61,512 nt of DNA from Methylophilaceae bacterium (GTDB lineage Bacteria; Pseudomonadota; Gammaproteobacteria; Burkholderiales; Methylophilaceae). Shown here in pieces: positions 48,601 through 57,236 of this stretch. The translations under genes were made by a program, and so were the position numbers. Each line of letters begins with the position of its first letter. Position 1 is the first letter of the stretch. The notes under the pieces are model-generated. The model made no database searches, was not told where the DNA came from, and worked only from the letters and a program-made list of their open reading frames with translations. Where the stretch lies: positions 1-61,512 of the forward strand of contig JBJXDT010000095.1 of assembly GCA_046153505.1 (NCBI GenBank). Reading direction: 5' to 3'.

Positions 48601-49657
48601 GGTCAGCCGTGTCGCGAATCTCGCGTTCCCCTGGCAAAAACACCAAAATATCACCATCTCCGAGCCGCAATAAATCATCAGCCGCGTCTAAGATGGCTTC
48701 TTCAATCGCCTCTTCTTCATCATCTTCAGCGAGCCAACGAGCCTCTGTTTTAGCATTGCGCTTAATGCCTAAAATATTTTTAGGCACAGCCTTATTAGAT
48801 AGTTCATCTTCATCAATATCATCTTCTGGTGCGATTTCGTGTGAAATGAATCCCGCTTTACCTAGTGGGCGATATCTAACTTCAACGGGATAGGTTCTGC
48901 CAGAAACTTCGATCACTGGCGCGCCATTAAAATGTCTTGAAAATCGGTCAGCATCAATCGTTGCAGAGGTCACAATCACCTTTAAATCTGGGCGTTTGGA
49001 CAATAACTGCTTAAGGTATCCCAGCAAAAAATCGATGTTGAGACTGCGTTCATGAGCCTCATCGATGATAATGGTGTCGTATGCATTTAAAAACTTATCA
49101 CCTTGTGTTTCGGCTAACAAAATGCCGTCTGTCATTAACTTAACGTAGCTTGTTTCTGACAGCTTATCGTTAAAGCGCACTTTGTAGCCTACCACCTCGC
49201 CTAAAGGTGATTTAAGTTCTTGCGCGATACGACTTGCCACTGAACGTGCAGCAATACGTCGCGGTTGTGTATGCCCAATTAAGCCAGCCACACCACGACC
49301 TAACTCAAGACAAATTTTAGGCAACTGTGTAGTTTTACCTGAACCAGTTTCGCCACACACAATCACCACTTGATGTTGTAGTATGGCTTGTGCAATTTCA
49401 TCTTTGCGCAATGAAACGGGTAAATCGAGCGGATAGTCGGGCTTGGGTAGTGCATTTTTACGTGCTTGCAATTTAGCGCTTGAAGCACGGATTTTGTATG
49501 CAATCTCTTGCAGAGCCTTATCAATTGGTTTGAGTTGGTTAGCAAGTTCGCGCGCCTTTTGCAAACGACGGTACAGCAGAAAACGATCTGCCAGCATACA
49601 TAGCGGCAATTGTTTTTCTAGCTGGGAAATAAGTTGGGGTGGTTGCGTGTCACTCAT
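45629..49657 (-). CDS. hrpA: ATP-dependent DEAH-box RNA helicase HrpA
   Basis: 1342 aa with GETGSGKTTQLPK, DEAHERS, TSAT, TNVAETS and QRAGRCGR, followed by HA2/OB domains and a long HrpA-specific C-terminal region. Confidence 0.95.
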   Translation of the reverse strand: MSDTQPPQLISQLEKQLPLCMLADRFLLYRRLQKARELANQLKPIDKALQEIAYKIRASSAKLQARKNALPKPDYPLDLPVSLRKDEIAQAILQHQVVIVCGETGSGKTTQLPKICLELGRGVAGLIGHTQPRRIAARSVASRIAQELKSPLGEVVGYKVRFNDKLSETSYVKLMTDGILLAETQGDKFLNAYDTIIIDEAHERSLNIDFLLGYLKQLLSKRPDLKVIVTSATIDADRFSRHFNGAPVIEVSGRTYPVEVRYRPLGKAGFISHEIAPEDDIDEDELSNKAVPKNILGIKRNAKTEARWLAEDDEEEAIEEAILDAADDLLRLGDGDILVFLPGEREIRDTADHLRKYQGRSPKLKHVEVLPLFARLSIEDQQKIFRTGGRRRIVLATNVAETSLTVPGIKYVIDAGLARVNRYSSRAKVEQLQIEKISQAAAKQRAGRCGRVSSGICIRLYSEEDFNNRPEFTEPEILRSSLAAVILRMAALRLGDVEAFPFIETPSSRLIADGYLLLQELGAVNDKREITETGLQLAKLPLDPRVGRMILAAKREACLKEILIITSALSIQDPRERPMDKREAADNAHSKFAGEGSDFISFLKIWDWYEQALKTKKSNKELLSQCHANFLSFLRLKEWRELHAQLLEIVEEMEFRLNDKEPSYEQIHKALLAGLLGNIGFKDGESESYAGARGIRFHIAPGSALKKIRPKWVIAAELVDTSKLYARCVAKIEPDWIEPLARGLTQSAYSDPRWDRKMAMVNAWERVSLYGLTVIPKRRVYYGPISPQESREIFIREALANMEFDTKASFFEANRRMIAEIEALEHKSRRQDVMVDEHQLFAFYDAIIPAGIFSGTSFEKWRSEAEKLNPRLLYLTKEALMRHGAASVTEAQFPEYFLVDGAKLSLKYRFEPTHLLDGVTATVPLALLNQLDATRTEWLVPGMLREKLTNLIKSLPKQYRNACVPVPEFVTGFLEQANVGASPLLQALTQYIQLKTTLKLGVDDFNLANLPPHAFMNFSVIDEKGRELGMSRDWISLKKQLGQAAQLTFRNTSPDIEKTGLKQWDFGDLPATLTFSKDGHQFTGYPALEDNIESVAVKLFDTEQAATASHRAGVRRLMRFELKEQMKQLEKSLPNFNQYAMQLRNAVSVEGLKEDMLTTIADRAFVGEDELPRNNDEFMKLKQRARTRLPAVTEALCRMVNSIATEYTLLVNQQAKMPATVNRLKRDVESQIGLLVFKGCFSQTPWEQITHFPRYLKALRLRIEKQPANPDRDGKNAASVGLLWQNWEAAIDKQRKSDKVSQALIDYRWLIEELRVSLFAQELKTPFPVSIKRLEKIWSDLN

Positions 49658-49700
49658 AAGCGCATCATTTTAACACGCGAGCATCTTATAAAAACGTGAC

Positions 49701-50432
49701 TTAAACTCTACGCTCACGTAAAAAATTGGCAAATTTAGGCTTACCTGTTTTTGTAATATCGCGATAGTTGTAAGTAACCAAGCTACCGATGGCTGGCGGG
49801 TGTGCACATTGCACATCAATAAAGCCCTTGCCTAGTTTAAAGCTAATACTGTCTGGTGTTTCTACCAACAATGCACCCATTTTCCCTTGATTTTTACCCT
49901 TACCCCCAATGTGTTCAATCACATTGACTTCTGCATCTAATTGTAGCTTTAACTTTAACAACACATCACTGCGCCCAGTTAAATATGCGGCATCGGCAAG
50001 GAGCAACATCAACCCTTTACTACCCGCCGCAACCACTTGTTTTAACTTGGCTTGCAGAGCATCGGCATCTTTTAACTTAAACTGTTTAATCGCATGCAAA
50101 TAAGGCGGAAACGCTTGTTTTACCAGTGCCTGGATTTATTGAGCACGACTTTTAAAATCACCAATGGTTAGCGGCAACTCAAATATTTGTGGTAAAACCT
50201 TTGGTAAACCAAGTTTGTGCATGGATAGGATTAGCTTGCCGGGTCACTAGGCGGTTGTCATCCCATATTGCACGCACGCCATCCAGCTTTTCGCTCACCA
50301 AATATGCGTTTAGATCCACACCGTCATGGTCCACATGCGCAAGTAGAGTATCGGGGGGGGGTAGTATAGGCGAATGCTGGCAGAAATAGCGTTAATGCAA
50401 GCAATAGCGAGCGGTAAAGCCTGTGTAATCAA
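49701..50432 (-). pseudogene. Decayed periplasmic ATP-dependent DNA ligase (LigE-type)
   Basis: Three out-of-phase pieces can be read. First, a TTG at 50432 opens a signal-peptide-like frame (ITQALPLAIACINAISA...) that runs into a C9 run (G9 on the + strand, 50353..50361) and stops ~13 codons later. Second, the next frame carries ...LLAHVDHDGVDLNAYLVSEKLDGVRAIWDDNRLVTRQ..FTKGFTTNI* (adenylation motif I KxDG at 50289..50278, stop at 50181..50179). Third, another frame reads IFELPLTIGDFKSRAQ-TAA(50138..50136)-IQALVKQ... and continues into track ORF 49701..50099 (GSKGLML, LLKLK, GKGKNQGKMGALLV, KPKFANFLRER). The segment that should hold motif III (DGEL) is missing. Confidence 0.8.
50353..50361. 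repeat. Homopolymeric G9 tract inside the ligase remnant
   Basis: It is read directly as tcGGGGGGGGGtag. G10 or G7 would join the signal-peptide frame to the KxDG frame. I noticed no other G/C run of this length in the window. Confidence 0.9.
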
Positions 50433-50436
50433 GCTT

Positions 50437-51531
50437 TTACCAATTTAAATCTTGCGGAATAGTGGTTTTATTTTGCGCATGGCGATAATCCGAACTCGCG
50501 GCATACACCCATCTACGCGCACGGTTTAATGCGCCTACAGGTTGCTCATCAGCAAGCGCGTTCCATGGGTTAAACGATAAATTCTCGCAAAATTGCTGTT
50601 GTTCTGGCGTATCAAAGGTTTGCTGGATAATATCAAGCGTTGCAACAGGCACAAATGACACTTCTGTCTCTTGCCATAATACGGTGGCATCTTCAATTGG
50701 CATGGTTTTGCTGGTGTCTTGCACTTGCACCATGAGTAGCATACAGGCGTTTTTCTCAGCCAATTCTGTTGCAAGTGTATGCTTTAAAAAATCAGGGTCT
50801 TGCGAGACATCTGCTTTAATTTTAGAAGGCTCAGCGCAAGAACGCATTTTAAATTTAATGTTGTGTGGCCCAAGCTTATATGCAGTATTACTAAAATACT
50901 CTGTCCATAATGGACTTTTGGGCGGTGGCGAGTATGCCGTGATTAATTGCCATAACTCACGCAAGCGCCATTTAAAAGGGTTGTAGCCTTGCACAAAGTA
51001 AGCTGGGTCACCTTTAGTGTCAACAAACTTGTTGTAATCAGCCACACTGGTCACAAAAAATGCAGGGCTATTGTGCGCAATAAACTCTTGCGTAGTGCCG
51101 CCATTAATATTCTGCCCAACATTAAGCACCTTAATCGCCATGCCACGCGCATCTTTTGCGCGGTCATCGGCATTGGCCATGTTAGAGCCACTATTTGAAA
51201 AACGTATCCAAGATTGATATTGCTTGCCTGGCGTTGAAAACACACCGTAACGCAATTGTGCATCAATGACTGGGCTGACCGTAAAAAACGCCTTCACACA
51301 AGCGTGGCCTTTGGCATGCACCCCGCGCGCGGCATAGCTGGTTTTTAGCGCTTTAATAATGCCTACAGCGCTTTGCGCCGCCACTTTAATATCAGCAGAC
51401 TCATTTGCTGGCACCACCTCTTTTGCAGTGATATCTGCATGGATTTGCATGTGGTAGGCGATAAAGGCGACCAGTATTAGCGCCAATGCCAGCAAAGCCA
51501 AACCTAATCTTTTAATATAGCGCTTAAGCAT
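50437..51531 (-). CDS. Membrane-anchored small catalase-related haem protein ('mini-catalase')
   Basis: An N-terminal TM helix (LGLALLALALILVAFIAY) precedes a catalase core with distal His in ARGVHAKGHACV, IRFSNSGSN and proximal Tyr in RRWVYAASSDYR. The catalytic domain is only ~340 aa. Confidence 0.75.
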   Translation of the reverse strand: MLKRYIKRLGLALLALALILVAFIAYHMQIHADITAKEVVPANESADIKVAAQSAVGIIKALKTSYAARGVHAKGHACVKAFFTVSPVIDAQLRYGVFSTPGKQYQSWIRFSNSGSNMANADDRAKDARGMAIKVLNVGQNINGGTTQEFIAHNSPAFFVTSVADYNKFVDTKGDPAYFVQGYNPFKWRLRELWQLITAYSPPPKSPLWTEYFSNTAYKLGPHNIKFKMRSCAEPSKIKADVSQDPDFLKHTLATELAEKNACMLLMVQVQDTSKTMPIEDATVLWQETEVSFVPVATLDIIQQTFDTPEQQQFCENLSFNPWNALADEQPVGALNRARRWVYAASSDYRHAQNKTTIPQDLNW

Positions 51532-52818
51532 TTACCTTCTTAAGTTCATAATAGGTTTTTCAATAAACAAGTACATCAATGAGGCAATAAACATGCTTAA
51601 TATGGTGCTGATGACAAAGCCATATAACAATATTTGCCCCATCGACCAAGGATAAGCCTCTGGCATAGTCATGGTAAGGTGCAATATGGCAGGAATAACA
51701 ATGACCATCACCACCAGATGAATTAAATACAAAGAGTAAGATAAAGTGGCAATTGGGTACCAAAATGGTAAGGAAAAAAACCACCTAAATGTCGCCGCGA
51801 GACGATGTTGCTGCAATAGCAGGGCAATAATTAAAATGCCAACGCCCACTGCAAACAGAGTGTGGTTAAAAATATAATACAAAATATGCAATGTCTGATT
51901 AGCATCATAATGTGGCAAGAACACTGGAAAGCTCATGAAAAAACCAATTAAGGTGAGGCCTACGACTGTCATGGCCACACCAAAACCTGAGTTAGCGACT
52001 TGCGAGAGTTTTTCTTTGTGAAAGTGCATCGCATAAGCCGCAAGACAGCCAACCACCAAACCGCCAAACCGCGTATGCAAATTGTCATACATGACGGTAA
52101 AAAAGTGATTTAAATAGGCTTCGTTTAAATAAATTGCGCTACTTGGTGTTGTTCTTATGGTGTCGTCTGTGAGTACAATTAAGGTATTAACCACAATTGA
52201 AATAAAGAAAAGCCAAATTAATACAACGCCCGGACTTTTGCTCCATTTTAAGATGGCGATTAAAATGAGTGGATAAATAAAGTAAAACTGCTCTTCAACT
52301 GCCAAACTCCATGTCCAGCCAGCAGCTTGATTTTGATACTCTAAAAAATTGCTCACATAAAGAAAATTAGCCCACACTGAATTGCTGTTATGCGCAGCAA
52401 GCGCCCAATACAAAATCAGCATAAAATAATAGGCTGGCGTTAACCTTAAGTAACGGCGTATATAAAAGTTTTTAAGGTTTAAATGACCTTCCTTGCTATA
52501 TTGTCGCAACAAAATTCCTGAAATTAAAAATCCACTCATGACAAAAAACACATCTACACCTTTATCTCCATTCCACGCCCATGCCCACCCCGAGCCAAGA
52601 ACATCTAACATGCTGGCAATATTTTGGTTTGGATTTGCGTTGTCATAAACGATAAAGGTGTGATAGACCAATACCAAAATAATGGATAAGGCACGGATGC
52701 CGTCAATGGGTGCAAAATTGCTGGCACGTCGCTGATAAATAGACTGGAAATTCTCCCTAAAGGAAAATGCTCTTTGCCATGCACTTTTGCTCATTGCGAT
52801 ATCTTCTGTCATGTCCAT
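51532..52818 (-). CDS. Acyltransferase family 3 (OafA/NolL-like) integral membrane O-acyltransferase
   Basis: ~10 TM helices with IDGIRALSIILVLVYH, VDVFFVMSGFLI and WSLAVEEQFY. A start at the internal ATG at 52794 is possible. Confidence 0.85.
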   Translation of the reverse strand: MDMTEDIAMSKSAWQRAFSFRENFQSIYQRRASNFAPIDGIRALSIILVLVYHTFIVYDNANPNQNIASMLDVLGSGWAWAWNGDKGVDVFFVMSGFLISGILLRQYSKEGHLNLKNFYIRRYLRLTPAYYFMLILYWALAAHNSNSVWANFLYVSNFLEYQNQAAGWTWSLAVEEQFYFIYPLILIAILKWSKSPGVVLIWLFFISIVVNTLIVLTDDTIRTTPSSAIYLNEAYLNHFFTVMYDNLHTRFGGLVVGCLAAYAMHFHKEKLSQVANSGFGVAMTVVGLTLIGFFMSFPVFLPHYDANQTLHILYYIFNHTLFAVGVGILIIALLLQQHRLAATFRWFFSLPFWYPIATLSYSLYLIHLVVMVIVIPAILHLTMTMPEAYPWSMGQILLYGFVISTILSMFIASLMYLFIEKPIMNLRR

Positions 52819-52830
52819 TTCCCCAAATGT

Positions 52831-54546
52831 TTATATTGTTTTTAAGTATTCAATTAATGCCCAGCGCTCTTGCTCTGTCAGCATCGGCAGTTTGTTATAA
52901 CCAGCACCAGTGCCATATTCGTGCCCTGCATTGCTATTGCCTGGCAAAGTGGTATCAAACAAAAAATACTCTTTGACAGGCGCCATGTCAAAACCCACAT
53001 TTTTGGTGTCAAATTCTAAAGAACCCAAATTAAACTGTTTTACACGGTCTTTTGCGGGCAAGAGCAATTGGTATAAATTAGGCACTGAACCATTATGTAA
53101 AAATGGTGCGCTACTCCATACTCCATTGAGTGGTCGCGCTTTATATGCAAGCAACGCCTTTTGTGAGACTTCTTGTCCCGTTGCGATGATTTTGCCATCC
53201 ACATATTTGGGCGGGTGAATCTCATCCCCATGACCAAAGCTACTGGCATCTTTACCCGCCAAATAGGCCTGTAATGGATTATTTTTAATCACACCAACCA
53301 TCACATTGTTAGCAATATCAATCGCAGGCGCCACTTTAGGCAAGGGATCTCCTGCCACATAATAGCGAGGTTGCCCTTCTAGCTTGCCTGATTTTCCTGT
53401 ATTTAAAATAGCATTTTTCGCCATCATCGGGTCGGTTTTAATTTCATCTAAAGTGCTCATGCGCACTTTTATCATGCGTTTCGGATCAGCGCGATTAATA
53501 TCCACATGACACTCCATGCAGTGCAACTCGTACAACTTGCGACCCTGTTGAGCAAGCTTAATATTTATCTTTGGAAAATACGCTGGCCATTGTGGTGAGT
53601 GCAGTTTGCTCACTGTTTTTTCGAGCTTGCGCAATTCAGACGCTTGAATAGATGAGGGATAGCCACCATCAATAAAACCCAACCAATATTGAGTTTGTGG
53701 TGTCACATCACCAAACACGCCAATCACCTCGCCAATATTGCGGGCAAACGCGCCAATATTTGAGTTAGCTTGCGCGCCATTCCACTCAACATAATCGTGT
53801 TGTGGCGTATCCCATAAATAAGGGTAGCTGGTGGGCGCATTAGCAGGATTGGCATTTTTATCGAGGCCTGTAGCCTCTAAACCTCGGTTTAAAATCGCAC
53901 CAAACGCATCTAAACGACCATAGCCATAATGCACATCTGTGTGGTTTTCATTGGCATAGGTAACGCGCTTTTCGTATTCTTTTTGCAAAGATTTTTTTAA
54001 TGCCACTTTAGCGGACTCAGTCACCTGCTTGCCCAGCACATTGGCTTGAAAGCGATTAAATTTATCCGCATCATCCAAGGTAGCTTTCAGCGACAACGTC
54101 ATCTCAGTTAACATTTTTTGTAAATCAAACAAAGGTTGTCCGCCATCTATCATAGTGATTTTGTTTTGATAGCTGATTTGCTGCGTGTGACAAGCAGCAC
54201 AAGTTAAACCCATTTTGTCTTTGTTGCGCGTAAAGCCAATCGGGAAACCATCGGGATTATTTTTGCTTTTTTGCGCAGGAATCGCCCCAAATCGCAACAT
54301 ATTTTCATCGCTCCGGAAAAGTTTGGCTTGATTGGCTTGCTCTAAATACAAAAAGTAATCGTAAGGTACAAGGCGTGATCCCTGGTCTGCAAAATAAAAA
54401 TATTCACGGTCTTGCGACGTCCAGTTTTGCTCAAGATACTGCCCTGCTTGCGCAGTATTTATTAACGTAGTGGAGATCAATAAAACTAATGCAAATAAGG
54501 GACTTGTTTTATGCGGTTCATTTAATTGCATGTTCATCCCATTCAT
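52831..54546 (-). CDS. Secreted large di-haem c-type cytochrome, possibly a RoxA/MauG-like oxygenase or peroxidase; family not verified
   Basis: A signal peptide (...LINTAQA) and two CxxCH sites, CAACH (aa ~117) and CMECH (aa ~345). At 571 aa it is much larger than a canonical bacterial di-haem peroxidase. Confidence 0.6.
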   Translation of the reverse strand: MNGMNMQLNEPHKTSPLFALVLLISTTLINTAQAGQYLEQNWTSQDREYFYFADQGSRLVPYDYFLYLEQANQAKLFRSDENMLRFGAIPAQKSKNNPDGFPIGFTRNKDKMGLTCAACHTQQISYQNKITMIDGGQPLFDLQKMLTEMTLSLKATLDDADKFNRFQANVLGKQVTESAKVALKKSLQKEYEKRVTYANENHTDVHYGYGRLDAFGAILNRGLEATGLDKNANPANAPTSYPYLWDTPQHDYVEWNGAQANSNIGAFARNIGEVIGVFGDVTPQTQYWLGFIDGGYPSSIQASELRKLEKTVSKLHSPQWPAYFPKINIKLAQQGRKLYELHCMECHVDINRADPKRMIKVRMSTLDEIKTDPMMAKNAILNTGKSGKLEGQPRYYVAGDPLPKVAPAIDIANNVMVGVIKNNPLQAYLAGKDASSFGHGDEIHPPKYVDGKIIATGQEVSQKALLAYKARPLNGVWSSAPFLHNGSVPNLYQLLLPAKDRVKQFNLGSLEFDTKNVGFDMAPVKEYFLFDTTLPGNSNAGHEYGTGAGYNKLPMLTEQERWALIEYLKTI

Positions 54547-55979
54547 TGCAGCATATCTCTAGAAAGCAAGGTATTAAGTAAGTTATCTTGAAAATTAAGG
54601 TTCCCAGTTAAACTCTCGTGTGACTCACACAGAAAAAAAGATTGCTCAACAGGCAAATGGATAAACTTATGGCGCTGCACGCTAGGGTCAAGTACATTAC
54701 GGCCTAAAAGAGAAGCTTTTGTCACCGAACCATCACCTGGCTCTAACAGCAGCGCATCATAATCAACCCCTTTAACATGCTGAGTGACTTCGCTCGGATT
54801 CATTCTAACCACGGATTCGCCATTAACTTCCTCTACCAAAATGCGCGCTGGCGTTAATGTACATCCACCGCCAAATACCACAAGCTTTGGTTCTGGCATG
54901 GGCGTCGCAACACTTAAAGACCACATAAAGCGTCTTGCACGCTCAAGATTCTTTTCAAAATATTTTTCGAATGTTGCAAGATGTTGTTCACCTTCTGCTT
55001 TGTTCTCATACTTTGATAGTATTCTTTTTCTCACTTTAGGGTCAAAAATCGACCATTGAAAACTTCGCCAAATTTCCACATCAAACAAATCGCGGTCTAG
55101 TGGCGTGCCGTCGCTTGTCACTATCCAATTATTGAGTGAGTGCGGGAATAATTGATATAAACTTGGCATACTAGCTAGCGTTTCCGTTCCAATTTGATTA
55201 ATACCAATATCTAGACCGCTGATAAACAGATTGAGTGTTCTGATTGACCCTAAATTTGGGGTGCCAAGCAAGATGACACGCCTGACGCGTGATGCGCCAT
55301 ACATAGTGCACTTTTCTCCAAAGTCATTGTCGTTAATGACGTCTTGTTTGCCATAACGAATATAGTAACGGGTAATCAAGCCACCCATGCTGTGGGCAAC
55401 AATATCAACTTTGAGTTTAGGGTTGCTGTAATCCAGCCTTACTTGCTCAATAAAGTCTGCTAGCTGCGCCGCAGTTTTAACATTGTCTTGGCGCCAATCA
55501 TACAAAAATACATAGTAATTTTTATGTTTAGGGTCAACTTTCTCACCCGCATGATGAAGTTGATAGCCCCCAATTTCAGATAAAGTATGGACAATTTTTC
55601 CATAAAAATCTTTGCCAGCCGCACCATCAAAAATATCATACGGAACCGCATTGCTTGGCTTTGGCTCTAAAGTCACTGGGTCAATCTCGTAAGCTGCGTC
55701 CGAATAATCATGAATTAACAAACGACTCACCGCGCCCGGCCACACATCTTCTTTGGTCTTGGTATCTTTAAGCCGGCTACCCAACACGCCATGAATAAAA
55801 ATCACGGGAGGTTGATCGGTCACCATCATTGATTCCATATAAAGGCGGTGCAAATCTGGCGCAAAAATTTTACTATTGGCGTATATGCCAGCAAAAAAAA
55901 CACTTGCCAGCACTAAGCAAGCAAAAATGTATCGATTGAAAAGTCCTCTTCGCAAGGCTCTATATGTTGATTTAAGCAT
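54543..55979 (-). CDS. LCAT-like (lecithin:cholesterol acyltransferase family) alpha/beta-hydrolase lipase/acyltransferase
   Basis: An N-terminal TM/signal anchor, PPVIFIHGVLGS, YDWRQD, nucleophile elbow IVAHSMGG, and GDGSV / SHESL as candidates for the rest of the triad. Confidence 0.75.
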   Translation of the reverse strand: MLKSTYRALRRGLFNRYIFACLVLASVFFAGIYANSKIFAPDLHRLYMESMMVTDQPPVIFIHGVLGSRLKDTKTKEDVWPGAVSRLLIHDYSDAAYEIDPVTLEPKPSNAVPYDIFDGAAGKDFYGKIVHTLSEIGGYQLHHAGEKVDPKHKNYYVFLYDWRQDNVKTAAQLADFIEQVRLDYSNPKLKVDIVAHSMGGLITRYYIRYGKQDVINDNDFGEKCTMYGASRVRRVILLGTPNLGSIRTLNLFISGLDIGINQIGTETLASMPSLYQLFPHSLNNWIVTSDGTPLDRDLFDVEIWRSFQWSIFDPKVRKRILSKYENKAEGEQHLATFEKYFEKNLERARRFMWSLSVATPMPEPKLVVFGGGCTLTPARILVEEVNGESVVRMNPSEVTQHVKGVDYDALLLEPGDGSVTKASLLGRNVLDPSVQRHKFIHLPVEQSFFLCESHESLTGNLNFQDNLLNTLLSRDMLQ

Positions 55980-56075
55980 AAGTGAAAAGCAAACCTACTA
56001 GTTATATTTGTGTTGTTGCAAGCAAGGCTTGTCGGTATTTATTCAAAAAATCTTACTCCTTTTAAACCTTACTAT

Positions 56076-56894
56076 TTAACAATTTACAGCAAAACGCACT
56101 CGCATACTTTCTAAATTAAATTGCTGAAGAATCGCATCTATTCTTTCTTTAGCATTTTTACGGGGCTGACCTGTATATTTAGCAATGATCAGCTCATTTT
56201 TCATAGAATGCTCCCAACCAACCAGCTCTGTTACCGTTACGCTGTAACCAGCCGCCTCAAGTTGCAAACAGCGTAACACATTGGTGATTTGGCTACCAAA
56301 CTCGCGTGTGTGAATGGGGTGACGCCAAATTTCACTTAACGGCGTTTTAGCAAAACTATCGTTTTTATGTAGTCGCAACATTTCAGCAACTTCGGCCTGA
56401 CAACATGGCACCAGTACAATATACTTGGCCTGTTTTTTTAGCCCAAATTGTATCGCATCATCCGTCGCTGTATCACATGCATGTAGCGCTGAAACAATAT
56501 CCACAAGGCTTGGCAAAGCATCCGATAGCGTAGATTGTTCAACGGTTAAGTGCTGAAAATCCATGCGTTCAAAGCCACAATCCATTGCTAATTGCTTTGA
56601 TTTTTCCACCAAGTCTGCACGAGATTCAATACCGATAACGCGCGCACTTTTACTTTCTTTCATAAGCAAATCATACAGAATAAACCCCAAATACGATTTT
56701 CCAGCGCCATGATCCACCAGCGTCACTTCACCTTCAAGCGTCGCGTATAGCGGTGCGATAAAATTGACCAAATGATTCACTTGCTTGAGCTTGCGACGAC
56801 TATCTTGGTTAAGCTTGCCATCGCGCGTCAGAATATGCAGCGCTTTAAGTAAAGCGATAGATTGATTTGGTTTAATTTCAGGGATGTTTTGCAT
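56076..56894 (-). CDS. Class I SAM-dependent methyltransferase (Methyltransf_32-like)
   Basis: LVDHGAGKSYLGF, VIGIES, ALHACDTATDDAI and LVPCCQ. Confidence 0.75.
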   Translation of the reverse strand: MQNIPEIKPNQSIALLKALHILTRDGKLNQDSRRKLKQVNHLVNFIAPLYATLEGEVTLVDHGAGKSYLGFILYDLLMKESKSARVIGIESRADLVEKSKQLAMDCGFERMDFQHLTVEQSTLSDALPSLVDIVSALHACDTATDDAIQFGLKKQAKYIVLVPCCQAEVAEMLRLHKNDSFAKTPLSEIWRHPIHTREFGSQITNVLRCLQLEAAGYSVTVTELVGWEHSMKNELIIAKYTGQPRKNAKERIDAILQQFNLESMRVRFAVNC

Positions 56895-57018
56895 ACCCCA
56901 TTCTAATTGAAAATACTTTTTTCTGTAGCTTGAATGAGCAAATTGATATGGCAGATTATTGTCACTTCCATTTAATATCTGACAATTTTTTACATACCTT
57001 GTAATATTGCCTTAGCTT

Positions 57019-57095
57019 TATACCAAAATAACCCTAGTCAAGCCATTTAAAATAGAGGATTACCTATAAAAAAGGGTTATGACTTTTTTGGTATA
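57019..57095. repeat. Imperfect inverted repeat in a 412-nt AT-rich intergenic region
   Basis: TATACCAAAATAACCC (57019..57034) faces GGGTTAtgacttTTTTGGTATA (57074..57095). This gives 10-bp and 6-bp helices with a 6-nt bulge and a 39-nt loop. Confidence 0.55.
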
Positions 57096-57128
57096 GATTT
57101 TGCTTGATATTCCAGCTAATGATAAACA

Positions 57129-57236
57129 ATTTACTAAATGATAATACTTTATAGCCATCTGCAATATTTGTAGGTGCTTAGAATGAGCTAGGATGTTTAG
57201 CAAATCCTGCTCAAATTTTGACCCATTTACTAAATG
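57129..57236. repeat. Perfect 12-nt direct repeat ATTTACTAAATG, two copies 96 nt apart
   Basis: The copies lie at 57129..57140 and 57225..57236, upstream of the GGDEF-EAL sensor gene. Confidence 0.6.

Noticed and set aside
50353-50361. The G9 tract as a functional phase-variation switch for the ligase.
   Set aside because: Restoring the frame at the tract would still leave a downstream frameshift or deletion that removes motif III, plus an in-frame TAA. Slippage alone cannot turn the gene on in this sequence. I kept it as part of the pseudogene finding.
50189-50389. A 66-aa + strand ORF spanning the G9 tract.
   Set aside because: It is antisense to the ligase motif I remnant (EKLDGVR), which explains the open frame. 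I do not consider it a gene.
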